Positions 32,115-42,611 of a stretch of 64,000 nucleotides of DNA are shown here, one piece after another (within the stretch, counting starts at the first letter, position 1; each line of letters starts with the position of its first letter). The stretch spans positions 193,185-257,184 of the forward strand of contig JBDRKW010000020.1 in NCBI GenBank assembly GCA_043813585.1, written 5' to 3'. A program made the translations under genes and the position numbers. This stretch comes from Candidatus Kerfeldbacteria bacterium. GTDB taxonomy: Bacteria; Patescibacteriota; Patescibacteriia; UBA9570; XYC2-FULL-38-9. Below the pieces are notes generated by a model, which was not told the origin of the DNA, did no database searches, and was given only the letters and a program-made list of their open reading frames with translations.

Positions 32115-33806
32115 CTACACTGTGCCGTATTGAACCGTTCGAAGTTTTTCCAATTCCTTTATATGCGTCGATCGCTTCCTCTTAATGCTCCCTTTTAAAA
32201 TATTGATCAGGTAGTCCGCGCCGATCAGCGTGGGATAGATGACAAAACTTGCTCCATGCTCATAAAACTCCAGCGCATCATCAATATCGTACGCAGTCAC
32301 AATAACCTGCGTATCAATCTTATTCTTTTTTACATAGTCGAGAAACTCCAATATGACTCTGGGGTTATGGACTGTTGAAACCACATATTCGGCCGATGCA
32401 ATACCTGCTTTTTCTACAACCTCTTCATCATTCATGCTTCCATACAAATGCGGGATGTCGCTTTCTCCCAGCTTTTCTATAACGTCAGGGTTGTAATCAA
32501 CAATAACGAGCGGCTTTTTGAGCGCTCTAATGATCTGCTCCGCTTTATAACCCATGGTGTGATGGCCGAACAGAATAACATGGTTCTGCAGGCCCTTTGG
32601 GAGCGACTCAGACCCGATGCCGCTTGAATCGCGCTCAAACTTGCGCAATAACGGACGAAAAATTGCATAGAGAGGCTCTCCATACTCAATCATATACGCA
32701 GAGAGCGTCATCGTAACCAAACCAATCAGCGCAACTAGGGAAACGATATCCTCACTGATAATTCCAGCTGTAAAACCTGCGCTCACCAATATAAAGGAAA
32801 ATTCGCTCACCTGTCCGATTGATATGCCAGCCATAAAGCTGGTACGCGTTCTGTACCGTAAGAGTAACAGCACGCCTATCACGACAATCGGCGAAACAAT
32901 TAACACAAGAATAGATAGCAATACTGTTGGCACTGCTATATTGCTGCCGCCCCCAAACATCAGCTGCCCTCCGAGAATTGCGAAAAAGATCGGCAGGAAG
33001 AAATCCCGCAACGATTTCACGCGATGAGCGATCTCAATACTGTATGGAAGGAATGATAAGCTGACTCCGGCGAGCAGTGCGCCGACTTCAATGGAAAAAC
33101 CCAGAAAAATAGAAAGTATCACGAATATCAAACACCAGCAGATTGAGCCTAAAAACAACAATTCAGTCGAACGCGCAAAAAATTTAAACACATGAACAAG
33201 CAGATACTTGGACGTGATAAATGCGAGTGCGAACAGTAATAATCCTTTAACCACTGTTAAGCCAATTTCAGAGACAAGCGCGGATCCGCTTGTATCGCCT
33301 GTAAAAACATTGAAAAAAATCAGGAACAGTACTGCGATGAAGTCCTGCGTCAGCATTATGCCGATGACAATCTGGCCAAACAGAGTATCAAGCTCTTTCC
33401 GCTCGCTCAACAGCTTCATCACCACAATCGTACTGGAGAACCCAAGCGCTGTTGCCAGGAAAAACGCCGCAGCGCTGTCAAAGCCGAGCATCCGTATAAT
33501 GAAAAATCCGATTCCGATTGATGCGGCCATCTGCACGACGCCAAGCAGGATCGCCACCTTGCCAGACTTCAGCAATTTGCGCAGATCAAGCTCAATGCCC
33601 ACAAGAAACAAGAGAAAAGCTATACCAAACGTTGATAGTGTTTCCAAAAACTCCCCCCGCTCGATAACGTGGAGTACAGGAGGTCCCAATAAAACGCCTG
33701 CCAGAATATACGCCGGTATCATCGGTTGGCGAAGCAGTTTTGCTACCGCAGCACAAACCGTGCCTACAATCAGTATCAGGCTTATCTCAAAAAAGATGGA
33801 CTCCAT
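32115..33806 (-). CDS. CPA2-family cation:proton antiporter with C-terminal RCK/TrkA-N domain
   Basis: 563 aa; 12-13 TM Kef-type core followed by 'ILFGHHTMGYKAEQIIRALKKPLVIVDYN' Rossmann RCK domain. Confidence 0.8.
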   Translation of the reverse strand: MESIFFEISLILIVGTVCAAVAKLLRQPMIPAYILAGVLLGPPVLHVIERGEFLETLSTFGIAFLLFLVGIELDLRKLLKSGKVAILLGVVQMAASIGIGFFIIRMLGFDSAAAFFLATALGFSSTIVVMKLLSERKELDTLFGQIVIGIMLTQDFIAVLFLIFFNVFTGDTSGSALVSEIGLTVVKGLLLFALAFITSKYLLVHVFKFFARSTELLFLGSICWCLIFVILSIFLGFSIEVGALLAGVSLSFLPYSIEIAHRVKSLRDFFLPIFFAILGGQLMFGGGSNIAVPTVLLSILVLIVSPIVVIGVLLLLRYRTRTSFMAGISIGQVSEFSFILVSAGFTAGIISEDIVSLVALIGLVTMTLSAYMIEYGEPLYAIFRPLLRKFERDSSGIGSESLPKGLQNHVILFGHHTMGYKAEQIIRALKKPLVIVDYNPDVIEKLGESDIPHLYGSMNDEEVVEKAGIASAEYVVSTVHNPRVILEFLDYVKKNKIDTQVIVTAYDIDDALEFYEHGASFVIYPTLIGADYLINILKGSIKRKRSTHIKELEKLRTVQYGTV

Positions 33807-33828
33807 ATTGCAGTATTATACCACTTTT

Positions 33829-34848
33829 TCATGATTCATTAAAGGAGAAGACCTCTTTGCCCGTTTCCCACATAGTCGGATCATCGTATTTCAATTTTAA
33901 CCAGTACCACCACTCAACGCCCCATAAATAAACTTCGGAAAAACCGGTGCGTCTGACATAATCCACATTGCTCAGGAGGCGTTCGCTGTCCATTGACCGG
34001 TACTGTTCTTCCAGGGTTGCAGTAAGTATTGATGACGGCACCCACGGTTCAACCTGCAGCTCGGACACGATAGTGTCTTTCACCAGCGGTGCGATTACTC
34101 CTGCTTTGGCCGTATACATTGTCGGCGGTACCGGATAATAGAAATACCCCCAAAACGAATTCCACGTCACGCGGTACATGCTGATTCCCAGGATATCCGC
34201 CAGCTGCGCCGTTTCCGTCCACGTACTCAATTCACCACTATCGGTAATGATAATGTCTCGTGCAGGATCGATTTCTCTCACTAAATCGACGCTTTCGGCC
34301 ACAAACTCCGGATCCGGTTCCGGGCACTCGCCAAAGACTCCGAACAGCGGCTCATTCTGAACCTGCCAGCGCATGATTGCTGGATGATCCTTCAGCTCCG
34401 TGGTCACGGTGCGAATCATGGCAAGTTCCGCATCCTGTATCTCATCTTCAAACAGGTAGCGCGTCCACTTGGGCGGATGGCACTCCGGCCATCGGGGCAC
34501 GCGCCGGCCGACCGCGGGCGTCACGCGCGCTCCGCGCTTCTGTGCTTCGTCCAGCATCCAGCGCACGTCATCCAGATTCACCTGGCCCTGTTTTTTTTCT
34601 ATCTCATCCCAGTATATCGGAATTCTAAGAACACGGATCTCCATATCATCCAGCAATGCAATGTAGACCTTCTTCCAGTCCAGTCCGAGCTCTTTACAAT
34701 ATTTTGTGCTGAACGTCGCACCCATAATCGGCTCTGCTTTGTACGGCTGCTTCGCATACACGCTCCATAACATAATTCCAATACCGATACAGACGGCAAC
34801 AAGCGGAAACAGAATAAATATTGCGATATGTCGTTTTGTATGTCTCAT
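33829..34848 (-). CDS. membrane-anchored glycoside hydrolase, clan GH-A (GH5-like TIM barrel)
   Basis: N-terminal TM anchor; 'RWQVQNEPL' acid/base NEP motif, second Glu candidate 'VSELQVEPW'. Confidence 0.5.
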   Translation of the reverse strand: MRHTKRHIAIFILFPLVAVCIGIGIMLWSVYAKQPYKAEPIMGATFSTKYCKELGLDWKKVYIALLDDMEIRVLRIPIYWDEIEKKQGQVNLDDVRWMLDEAQKRGARVTPAVGRRVPRWPECHPPKWTRYLFEDEIQDAELAMIRTVTTELKDHPAIMRWQVQNEPLFGVFGECPEPDPEFVAESVDLVREIDPARDIIITDSGELSTWTETAQLADILGISMYRVTWNSFWGYFYYPVPPTMYTAKAGVIAPLVKDTIVSELQVEPWVPSSILTATLEEQYRSMDSERLLSNVDYVRRTGFSEVYLWGVEWWYWLKLKYDDPTMWETGKEVFSFNES

Positions 34849-36188
34849 GAACGTTTTTCTTTATGTACGCCATGCCCGATAAACCGCAGCAAATCGTGCG
34901 AGATCGCGTTGTCCTTGCAGATGTTCGCATAGACGTATGCACTGGGGCGCGGCGTCCGTTTAAATGTATTGTAGTTCACATCAACCAGGCCGAACCGCGG
35001 CGTGAAACCTTTATCCCATTCAAAATTATCCAGCAGGGACCAGTGGAAATAGCCGCGCACATCCACACCCGCTTTTATCGCATGGTACATCTCCTTCAGG
35101 TGAGAAACGATAAAGCGCGACCGCTTGTCATCATTGTCTGCTGCAATGCCGTTTTCGGTTATAAAAATCGGCTTCTTGTACCTGCTCATATCCATCAATG
35201 CATCAAAAAAGCCCGGCGCATAGACTTCCCAGCCAAGAGAAGACGTTTCTCTCTGTTCATCTTTGCGCACATCTACTAAATGAAAGCGCGTATTGCCGTC
35301 TCGCCGCACGCGCTGATGCAGGTAATAATTCACTCCGATAAAATCGTGGTACCGGCGCGTTTTTGAAAAAAACAGGTGGTTCCAGACGTACTCGGAAAAA
35401 CGAATAAACAAATAATCGGCAAATGAATCATGGTACGACTCCATTGAGATTACGTTCTTCGCTATGCCCACGCTCGCTTCGCGCTTCTGTTTGCCCAACT
35501 CCGCATGAATCTCCCTGTACGCCATCTTATGGCCGCGAACCATGTTGCGGAACGCCTTCACCATGCGCCATCTGTTTTTATCCTGCGGCGGCCAGACAGC
35601 CTGGCGATAGCACTGCGTGATATAGATCATCGGTTCGTTGATCGTAATCCAGTGGTCGACATACTCGCCAAGATGCTCTGCCAAAAACTCGGCATAACGG
35701 GCAAACAGCAGCGGAGTTTCATCGTTCGCCCATCCGCCTTTTAATGCAATCCATTGCGGGCTTGTGAAGTGATGCAGCGTTACTGCAGGGCTCATGCCGC
35801 GTTCTTTTAACGATTGAAGCACGTCGCGATAATGCTCGACCTCGTCCCAGTCCCACTGCCCTTCTTCCGGTTCGATTCTGCTCCATTCTACAGACAGACG
35901 GTGCGCGTTATGGTGCAGTTTTTGCGCCAATTCAAAATCCTCCTCATACCGGTTGTAATGGTCGGTCGCTCTGCCCGAAACCTCGCCCGTTTCAATGCTC
36001 CCTTTTCTCTGTTCCCACGCCCACCAATCGTTATGGATATTGTTACCCTCCACCTGATGGGCTGAAGTGGCAGCGCCCCATAAAAAACCCTTCGGGAATT
36101 CCAGCGGGTCGTGATGATGGCCGACCTTCTTTGAGCGCGCAACGCGCTTTGACCGTTTCGGCGGCTGTTTTGCCTTCGATTTAGCCAT
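34845..36188 (-). CDS. GH1 family beta-glucosidase with basic N-terminal tail
   Basis: 'FLWGAATSAHQVEG', 'TINEP' acid/base, 'ITENG' nucleophile; 30-aa Lys/Arg-rich N-terminal extension. Confidence 0.9.
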   Translation of the reverse strand: MAKSKAKQPPKRSKRVARSKKVGHHHDPLEFPKGFLWGAATSAHQVEGNNIHNDWWAWEQRKGSIETGEVSGRATDHYNRYEEDFELAQKLHHNAHRLSVEWSRIEPEEGQWDWDEVEHYRDVLQSLKERGMSPAVTLHHFTSPQWIALKGGWANDETPLLFARYAEFLAEHLGEYVDHWITINEPMIYITQCYRQAVWPPQDKNRWRMVKAFRNMVRGHKMAYREIHAELGKQKREASVGIAKNVISMESYHDSFADYLFIRFSEYVWNHLFFSKTRRYHDFIGVNYYLHQRVRRDGNTRFHLVDVRKDEQRETSSLGWEVYAPGFFDALMDMSRYKKPIFITENGIAADNDDKRSRFIVSHLKEMYHAIKAGVDVRGYFHWSLLDNFEWDKGFTPRFGLVDVNYNTFKRTPRPSAYVYANICKDNAISHDLLRFIGHGVHKEKRS

Positions 36189-37101
36189 TGAGCGCAGATT
36201 GGGAAACGAGATATAATCCGATGCTGATGATAATTACTCCAATAATCTTGACCACGAGAGATTTGTGCGTCATTGCCTCCTGCAATAATTTCGGCCACTT
36301 TACTGAAGCGACAACTGCCATCACAAGCAGGAAGGCGTACTGCACGCCCTGAAGCGCGTTCACAAGGGAAACCGATGCCAATGAAATGGCATAGTTCACA
36401 AATATAAAACCGCCGGCGCCAAACGCCTGGGCAATAATGTAGTACAGCCCGGCCTTTTCCTTGAAGATCGACATAGATTCCTTAATCGCCTTGCGATGGC
36501 TCGCCCACAGAAGAAACACCAGCGCAATTGCAAACGAACCGAACCGCTGCCATACAAACGCGCTGAAAAACGGCTGGGCGTCATACGCAATTTTCGTCAG
36601 CCCAAATGAGATAGCAAATAATACGGCAGCGCCCGATCCGAACAGCCACGCTTTCACCCCCTGCTTTTCCTTTTTCTCGCTGTCGCCTCCGACCTCAATG
36701 GCAATGACAATCGTACCGACAACCAGTATGCCAAATGCCAATAATGTACCTCCGGTTAAACGCTCGTCCAGGAACAGCAATTCAAATATCCATGTAAACA
36801 ACGGAATGCCGCCGCCAATAAAAGGGACGATTCGGGATGCTTCTGCGCCTTTTAGTGCGAGGAAAAAAAACAACAGCGCTCCGATATAGAGCGCGCCGGT
36901 GATCAGGTTAAGCGCAATGAGCTTGCCCTCGGGAATTTCAAATCCAAACGGGATCAAGACGATGCCCAGCAACCCCAGAATGCCGATAAAAAATGTAAAA
37001 GCATAGGGGTTCGTGATCGATTTTGTGAGCAGAACCTTGTCCAGAACGTACGAAATAGCGTTCAGGAAGTGTCCAATTAAAACCGCAAGTAGCCAATGCA
37101 T
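36181..37101 (-). CDS. EamA/DMT-superfamily transporter
   Basis: 306 aa, 10 TM, two EamA-like repeats. Confidence 0.7.
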   Translation of the reverse strand: MHWLLAVLIGHFLNAISYVLDKVLLTKSITNPYAFTFFIGILGLLGIVLIPFGFEIPEGKLIALNLITGALYIGALLFFFLALKGAEASRIVPFIGGGIPLFTWIFELLFLDERLTGGTLLAFGILVVGTIVIAIEVGGDSEKKEKQGVKAWLFGSGAAVLFAISFGLTKIAYDAQPFFSAFVWQRFGSFAIALVFLLWASHRKAIKESMSIFKEKAGLYYIIAQAFGAGGFIFVNYAISLASVSLVNALQGVQYAFLLVMAVVASVKWPKLLQEAMTHKSLVVKIIGVIIISIGLYLVSQSALNG

Positions 37102-37125
37102 AAAAATATTATACCATATTATTAA

Positions 37126-38439
37126 CTAATAATTGTGGAATACCCAGTTCGCAAACGTCCAGTCTGCCAGCGCATACGCCTCCTGAAATATGGTGTTGTA
37201 TTCAGGATTTCCAAGCAGCACCACGATAATGGTATGGCCTGTTTCTTTCTCAATTATTTTTGTAACAAGCGTCCTATCCGCAGAACCCGGCAGATACCCG
37301 GTTTTAAACGCAAGAAGTTCGTACTTGCCGTTTCCTTCAAACTTGTTAGTTGTGTAAAGTGAAATTTCACGGTCTGAATTTGCCAGATCGAACGTATACA
37401 CACCCGTAGATGCGGCCTCACTAAATAAATCCGGGTACGCATCAAACACGGTTCGTGCAAGTTGTGCGACATTTCCCGCCGAAGAAACATTATGAGAATT
37501 TAATCCGCTCGGTTCAACGAACGACGTCTTCTTCAGGTTCATCTCTGCCATCCTGTTGTTCATCTGCGTCACAAATAGGTCCTGTTCCGGCCATGAAGCT
37601 TCTGCAGAAAGCATAATCGCCATATTATTTGCCGACTTCATGAGAACACCCATCAACACCTGCTTGAGCGTTAAGACATCGCCGCCATGTAGTGGAACCG
37701 TCGCGCCAATGCGGTCGCAAGCTGAACGGTACTGAACTTCTTTATTTAAGTCCGGCTTTGACTCCAAAAACACAAGTGTCGTAGCCAGTTTTGTCAGTGA
37801 TGCGATCGAACGCTGCTTCTTGGCGTCTTTGCGGAAAAGAAATTTTCCGCTCTTCTCATCAATGACCGCTGCCGTATCAGAATGCGGGGGCAGGTAGTAC
37901 GGGTTATAGGCAACGCTTCGTACCGGTACCTCTTTCTTCCACTTATGCGTCACAGCTATAATTTTTCCGGACTGCGCCGGAAGTACTGCATTCAACAGTA
38001 GTACATTTTTATCGACGATGGTGTGAAGCTTCACCCATTTGTCCGTGTCCGCTTTCAGGTACATCACCCGGTGTCTGCGGTCTTTGTCGCCACTCCGATA
38101 TTTCAGAGCAACGGGAATCGGCTGGTTTGGCTGATTGCTGAACCAATAGGAATAGACAATGCGTTTTGACCGCCATCGCTTTGGAATCGATGGCATTTCA
38201 GGACGCGAGCCGTACGGTCCCCTGTCGCGCAAACGCACGCGCGTATCGGCATTCAACGATCCTGCTGGTATCGTCAACTGTACATCCTTCCACTTCACCG
38301 ATACATCGTGATTCTCTAAAACATGTTTGGGAATTTTTGTGCTGTACCAATCCCGCTCTGCATGAACTGCCGAAGGCAGACAAACAAAGAAAACCAGCGC
38401 AATGCCAACGATCCACCTATTCATAACGCAGCGCTTCAA
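37126..38439 (-). CDS. D-alanyl-D-alanine carboxypeptidase (peptidase S11, PBP5-like) with extra N-terminal domain
   Basis: SxxK 'SIASLTKLAT', SxN 'KSANNMA', KTG 'FKTGYLPGS'; ~190-aa N-terminal extension with signal peptide. Confidence 0.8.
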   Translation of the reverse strand: MKRCVMNRWIVGIALVFFVCLPSAVHAERDWYSTKIPKHVLENHDVSVKWKDVQLTIPAGSLNADTRVRLRDRGPYGSRPEMPSIPKRWRSKRIVYSYWFSNQPNQPIPVALKYRSGDKDRRHRVMYLKADTDKWVKLHTIVDKNVLLLNAVLPAQSGKIIAVTHKWKKEVPVRSVAYNPYYLPPHSDTAAVIDEKSGKFLFRKDAKKQRSIASLTKLATTLVFLESKPDLNKEVQYRSACDRIGATVPLHGGDVLTLKQVLMGVLMKSANNMAIMLSAEASWPEQDLFVTQMNNRMAEMNLKKTSFVEPSGLNSHNVSSAGNVAQLARTVFDAYPDLFSEAASTGVYTFDLANSDREISLYTTNKFEGNGKYELLAFKTGYLPGSADRTLVTKIIEKETGHTIIVVLLGNPEYNTIFQEAYALADWTFANWVFHNY

Positions 38440-39661
38440 TCGGATTGAGCCGCGAAGCTTTTATCGCGGGATACAGTCCAAAAATAATACCCACAGTTAC
38501 GGATACGCCGCAGGAAATAAGAATTGCAGTCGGAACCAGTACATATTCCACGCCCCACCCAGGCTGAAGAAGATTAATAATATACGCACTCGTAAAACTC
38601 AGGCCAAGCCCAACCCCTATTCCAAGCAGTCCGCCGACTGTGGTCAGCACTACCGCTTCAATCAGGAATTGGCTTAGGATAGAGCCGTTCTTCGCACCTA
38701 TTGCCTTGCGGAGACCAATCTCCTTCGTGCGTTCCTTTACGGTTACAAGCATGATATTCATGATGCCGATACCGCCTACCACCAGTGAGATGGCCGCGAC
38801 AGCGCTGATAAACAGCTGGACCCCGAGCAATATGGTGCTGAACGTATCGAGCGCAGCTTCTCTGCTCGCGATCAAAAACGGCTCTTCATCTTTCCCTAAA
38901 ATATCATGCTGTTGCCGTAATACATAATCCAGCCTATTTTCAAACGACTCCACGTTCGTGCCTGCTTCAAATTCAATAAGGAAAAAAGAAATCATATCCG
39001 CATCAACAGGATCAATGAAGAGCTCGCGCATTGAAGTAAGCGGTATAAACACGATGTGCGGTATAAACTCGCCGATCGGACCGGATGCCATGTCTTCACT
39101 TACGCCAATGACGGTAAATGACGATCCGCCCAGTTTGATACGCTCGCCTATTGCACTGCCGCTAAACATCTCTTCTGCCAGCCGTTCGCCGATAACAATT
39201 ACGCGCGATGCGCTTTGGTAATCCGCGTCGTTAAATAGCCGTCCCTCGATTTGATGAAGATTATTCGCCGTAAATACAGCAGGCCGGTCGCCATAGACTG
39301 ATACCGACTCGGTTAATCCCTGGTATACCAAATTATCAATCCGCATCACGCCTGCAGAAATTGCGCTCACTTCAGGCAGCAACGTTGACTCGCTAACAGC
39401 AGTTACGTCATCTTCCGTAAAGACGATCTGTTCAGACGATTCAAAAGGGCCAAAACTACCGGTGGGCGCCACCTCAATAACATTCGTCCCGAACTGCTTT
39501 AGCTGGAACAGCAGAAAATTCTTCGCAATTTCGCCCGCGGTCATAATATAGATAACAGACCCGATGCCGATAATAATGCCAAGCATTGTCAGCAGTGAAC
39601 GTGCCTTGTTCTTGGTCAGCTGCCGGAGCGCTGTTGTGAGGTATGCGATAAAATATTTCAT
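38417..39661 (-). CDS. ABC transporter permease, FtsX/MacB-type
   Basis: 414 aa: N-terminal TM, large periplasmic domain, C-terminal FtsX 3-TM bundle. Confidence 0.85.
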   Translation of the reverse strand: MKYFIAYLTTALRQLTKNKARSLLTMLGIIIGIGSVIYIMTAGEIAKNFLLFQLKQFGTNVIEVAPTGSFGPFESSEQIVFTEDDVTAVSESTLLPEVSAISAGVMRIDNLVYQGLTESVSVYGDRPAVFTANNLHQIEGRLFNDADYQSASRVIVIGERLAEEMFSGSAIGERIKLGGSSFTVIGVSEDMASGPIGEFIPHIVFIPLTSMRELFIDPVDADMISFFLIEFEAGTNVESFENRLDYVLRQQHDILGKDEEPFLIASREAALDTFSTILLGVQLFISAVAAISLVVGGIGIMNIMLVTVKERTKEIGLRKAIGAKNGSILSQFLIEAVVLTTVGGLLGIGVGLGLSFTSAYIINLLQPGWGVEYVLVPTAILISCGVSVTVGIIFGLYPAIKASRLNPIEALRYE

Positions 39662-40347
39662 ACAAGCATCCCATCCCGCATGCGCAGGTTGCGTCGCGCA
39701 TAGGCGGCGATATTCGCCTCGTGCGTAACCATTATTATTGTTTTACCCTCTCCATTGAGGTCTTCAAAAATTTCCATAACCTCTTTGGCGGTTACTGTGT
39801 CAAGGTTGCCCGTGGGCTCGTCACAAAAAATCATTTTCGGATTATTTACCAATGCGCGCGCAATAGACACCCGTTGCTGCTGCCCACCGGATAATTCGTT
39901 CGGGCGATGGTAGATGCGGCTCTCCAGCCCCACCCGCACCAGGGCATCATAAGCGCGCTGCTTCTGTTCTGCCGTATTCACGCCGGCATACAGAAGCGGC
40001 AGACGTACGTTATCCAGTGCGGTTGTCCGCGGCAACAGATGAAACTGCTGAAACACGAACCCGATAAAAAAATTCCTTAATTGAGCGCGATAATCTTCTG
40101 TGAACGATTCTATATCCTCTCCTGAAAATAAATATGAGCCCGACGATGGCTCATCTAAAAACGCCAGAAGGTTCATCAGCGTTGACTTGCCAGAACCGGA
40201 CGGTCCCATTAATGAGATAAATTCACCTTCTTTTACCTTAAGATCAACCCCACGAACTGCCGGGATGGGAACATCGCCGTTCCAATACGTCTTCTTGAGG
40301 TTTTTGACCTCAATAAGCAGCTCCTTTTTTTTCTTCTTTTCAGGCAT
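39658..40347 (-). CDS. ABC transporter ATP-binding protein (MacB/LolD-like)
   Basis: Walker A 'GPSGSGKST', signature 'LSGGQQQRVSIARAL', Walker B 'IFCDEPTGNLD'. Confidence 0.9.
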   Translation of the reverse strand: MPEKKKKKELLIEVKNLKKTYWNGDVPIPAVRGVDLKVKEGEFISLMGPSGSGKSTLMNLLAFLDEPSSGSYLFSGEDIESFTEDYRAQLRNFFIGFVFQQFHLLPRTTALDNVRLPLLYAGVNTAEQKQRAYDALVRVGLESRIYHRPNELSGGQQQRVSIARALVNNPKMIFCDEPTGNLDTVTAKEVMEIFEDLNGEGKTIIMVTHEANIAAYARRNLRMRDGMLV

Positions 40348-40359
40348 TCATCCTATCGG

Positions 40360-41346
40360 TTAGAAAATTGATCTTGCTGTCGTGGGCACGTACAGCATGA
40401 CCTCGTCTCCTGCGCGGAGACCGTCAATAATTTCGATGTATTCATCGCCCTGAAAGCCCGTTTCAATATATCTCTTCTCAAGAATCACCGTCACATCTTC
40501 TACGCCAGCGGCACGGCTGACAAAGTCCGCATCGATGATAGGCACCAAAAACACGTATGTCTGATCGTCCGTATCATATTGAATTGCGCCGGTAACGACA
40601 GAAACCGTGTCACTCCGCTCCTCAACGACAATTTCCAGGTCAACGGAAAGCCCCAGCGTTTTTGTCAGCTGTTCCGGCAAATCGCCTGATGATACTTTGA
40701 CCAGATAGCCGACATCTGTTGTCTGTGCAGCTTCCGCAGGGCTCGGAACAAACTTTTTGACATCAACAAATTCAACCTCTCCGGTGTACACCTCTTTTCC
40801 GTTTTCGTACGTTGGGACCGTTATCATAACTTCCTGTCCTACCGACAAATTCAGTATTTCGGAATCCGACGCCAAGAATTGAATATGGCTGGACCGGTAT
40901 GCGACTAGCACAAGCTGTTCTGCCGGGGACACAACGTCATTTGGAAAACTGTTCATTGCAATCACCCGTCCGTCATACGGCGCTTCGAGCTCCTGCGTAA
41001 ATGTCGGTCCGCCGGCGCTCACATCGATCGTTGCCAGCACATCCCCTTCCGTTACATCATCGCCTACCTCAACATTAACTTCGTTTACCGTACCCGCTCC
41101 GGCCGGATAGAGCGCTGTCACTTCATCAGGTACAATGGTTCCGTTTGTTGAGATTGTCTTCTTGATCGTCCTGTTTTGCACGTCTACGGATTCTTCCAGG
41201 TAAGAATAGGAATCAAGAAGCGCCTGCCGGTATGCTCCAACTCCTATTGTCGAACCGATAATAAGTACAATCGCCAATACTATCAGAAACCAGAACCACC
41301 ATCTTTTATAAATCGGCTTCTTCTTTGGCTTTGGAATGTCGGCCAT
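40360..41346 (-). CDS. periplasmic adaptor (membrane fusion, HlyD/MacA-like) subunit
   Basis: 328 aa; N-terminal TM, beta-barrel/lipoyl-like segments; operonic with the ABC ATPase and FtsX permease. Confidence 0.6.
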   Translation of the reverse strand: MADIPKPKKKPIYKRWWFWFLIVLAIVLIIGSTIGVGAYRQALLDSYSYLEESVDVQNRTIKKTISTNGTIVPDEVTALYPAGAGTVNEVNVEVGDDVTEGDVLATIDVSAGGPTFTQELEAPYDGRVIAMNSFPNDVVSPAEQLVLVAYRSSHIQFLASDSEILNLSVGQEVMITVPTYENGKEVYTGEVEFVDVKKFVPSPAEAAQTTDVGYLVKVSSGDLPEQLTKTLGLSVDLEIVVEERSDTVSVVTGAIQYDTDDQTYVFLVPIIDADFVSRAAGVEDVTVILEKRYIETGFQGDEYIEIIDGLRAGDEVMLYVPTTARSIF

Positions 41347-41477
41347 ACATAAAAATTTATAGATAATATCTAAATTATTATACCAAAAAACAAGCTCTGG
41401 GTAAACTGCGCATAACGTCGTATAACTAACTCATCACGGTCTGTAATCGACGTATTTTTCTACCTTAACTCTTTAGT

Positions 41478-42575
41478 TTAATTTTTTGTTCGGAAATACT
41501 TAAAGTCCCCGTACATCGTCTTCTCCCCTGTGACATACTGAACGCGCATGCGTACTTTATAGCGGTGATCTTTGTTCAAATATTCTTTAGTAATGATTTT
41601 GGATGTATAAGCAGCGCTAATATTTCTGAATGTCTTTATTTTAGTGCCGTTTCTGGTCTGTAGCTGCATGATATACTTCACAACAAACCGCCGCGCAACG
41701 GGGCGGTCCCAGCGAACGAGTGCCAGCCGTTTTCCCAGATGCTTTTTGGGGACACGGGGTTGATTAAAACGGGTGCGGTTTACTTTGATAGAGGTCAGGG
41801 TGTTCTTGATCTCACTTGAGAACACCGGCTCGTCGCTTCCATGAACCGGCGATACCTTTACATAATACGTCGTTTCTTTGTCGAGATCCTGCACAAGCAA
41901 CTGGTTGCTGCTGGTCGTTTTCGTTATTGACTGGGCGCTCCATGACGCGGCGTTCAAACCTGCTTCTGATTTTCCGTACGTTACCCTATAGGAAGTGGCG
42001 TTCGGGTACGGCTTCCATTTGACGCCGATGCTCCGTCCAAACGCTTCCGCATAAAAATTCTGTATTATGCACCCCACCCCCAGGCCAAACGTATCTGATA
42101 AATGATAATCATCTTCATTCGCGTATGACGGGTCAGTGGTGGTGGTCGCAAAGCGGAAACAACCGGCAGATGAAGGGTTCACGACATTTTCTAGTTTCAC
42201 CCTGTAGGTGTTACTGCGCTCCATCTGAGACGACAGCTGTATACGGTACATTTCATTTTCAGAACCATAGGCATCCCCTGTGCCGGTAAAACCGGTATGA
42301 GCAGACGATGTGCTGGCAAAATCAAATCCGGAATCCGCAAAGTCAGACCCCGTAGTTCCAACTACGCCAATATACAGATATTCACCCGGCTCAACATCTG
42401 AATTATCGGCAATAGTAATGTCCAGCACATAATCAGTGCTGGATTCGGTCTGATGCGATCCCTGGTACACAACATCAACCGTGTCGATTGAAGTGTCGGA
42501 AGCGTATGCGCCGACAGGTAAAAATACAGCCGCGCATAATGCTGCGCCGATTGAAGTTTGCCATTTCATTTTCAT
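41478..42575 (-). CDS. secreted protein with fibronectin type III-like domains
   Basis: signal peptide 'MKMKWQTSIGAALCAAVFLPVGAYA'; FN3-like 'SYRVTYGKSE...TYYVKVSPV'. Confidence 0.45.
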   Translation of the reverse strand: MKMKWQTSIGAALCAAVFLPVGAYASDTSIDTVDVVYQGSHQTESSTDYVLDITIADNSDVEPGEYLYIGVVGTTGSDFADSGFDFASTSSAHTGFTGTGDAYGSENEMYRIQLSSQMERSNTYRVKLENVVNPSSAGCFRFATTTTDPSYANEDDYHLSDTFGLGVGCIIQNFYAEAFGRSIGVKWKPYPNATSYRVTYGKSEAGLNAASWSAQSITKTTSSNQLLVQDLDKETTYYVKVSPVHGSDEPVFSSEIKNTLTSIKVNRTRFNQPRVPKKHLGKRLALVRWDRPVARRFVVKYIMQLQTRNGTKIKTFRNISAAYTSKIITKEYLNKDHRYKVRMRVQYVTGEKTMYGDFKYFRTKN

Positions 42576-42611
42576 AAGCGAAGTATTATCTATTTAAAGT
42601 AACTATAACAA

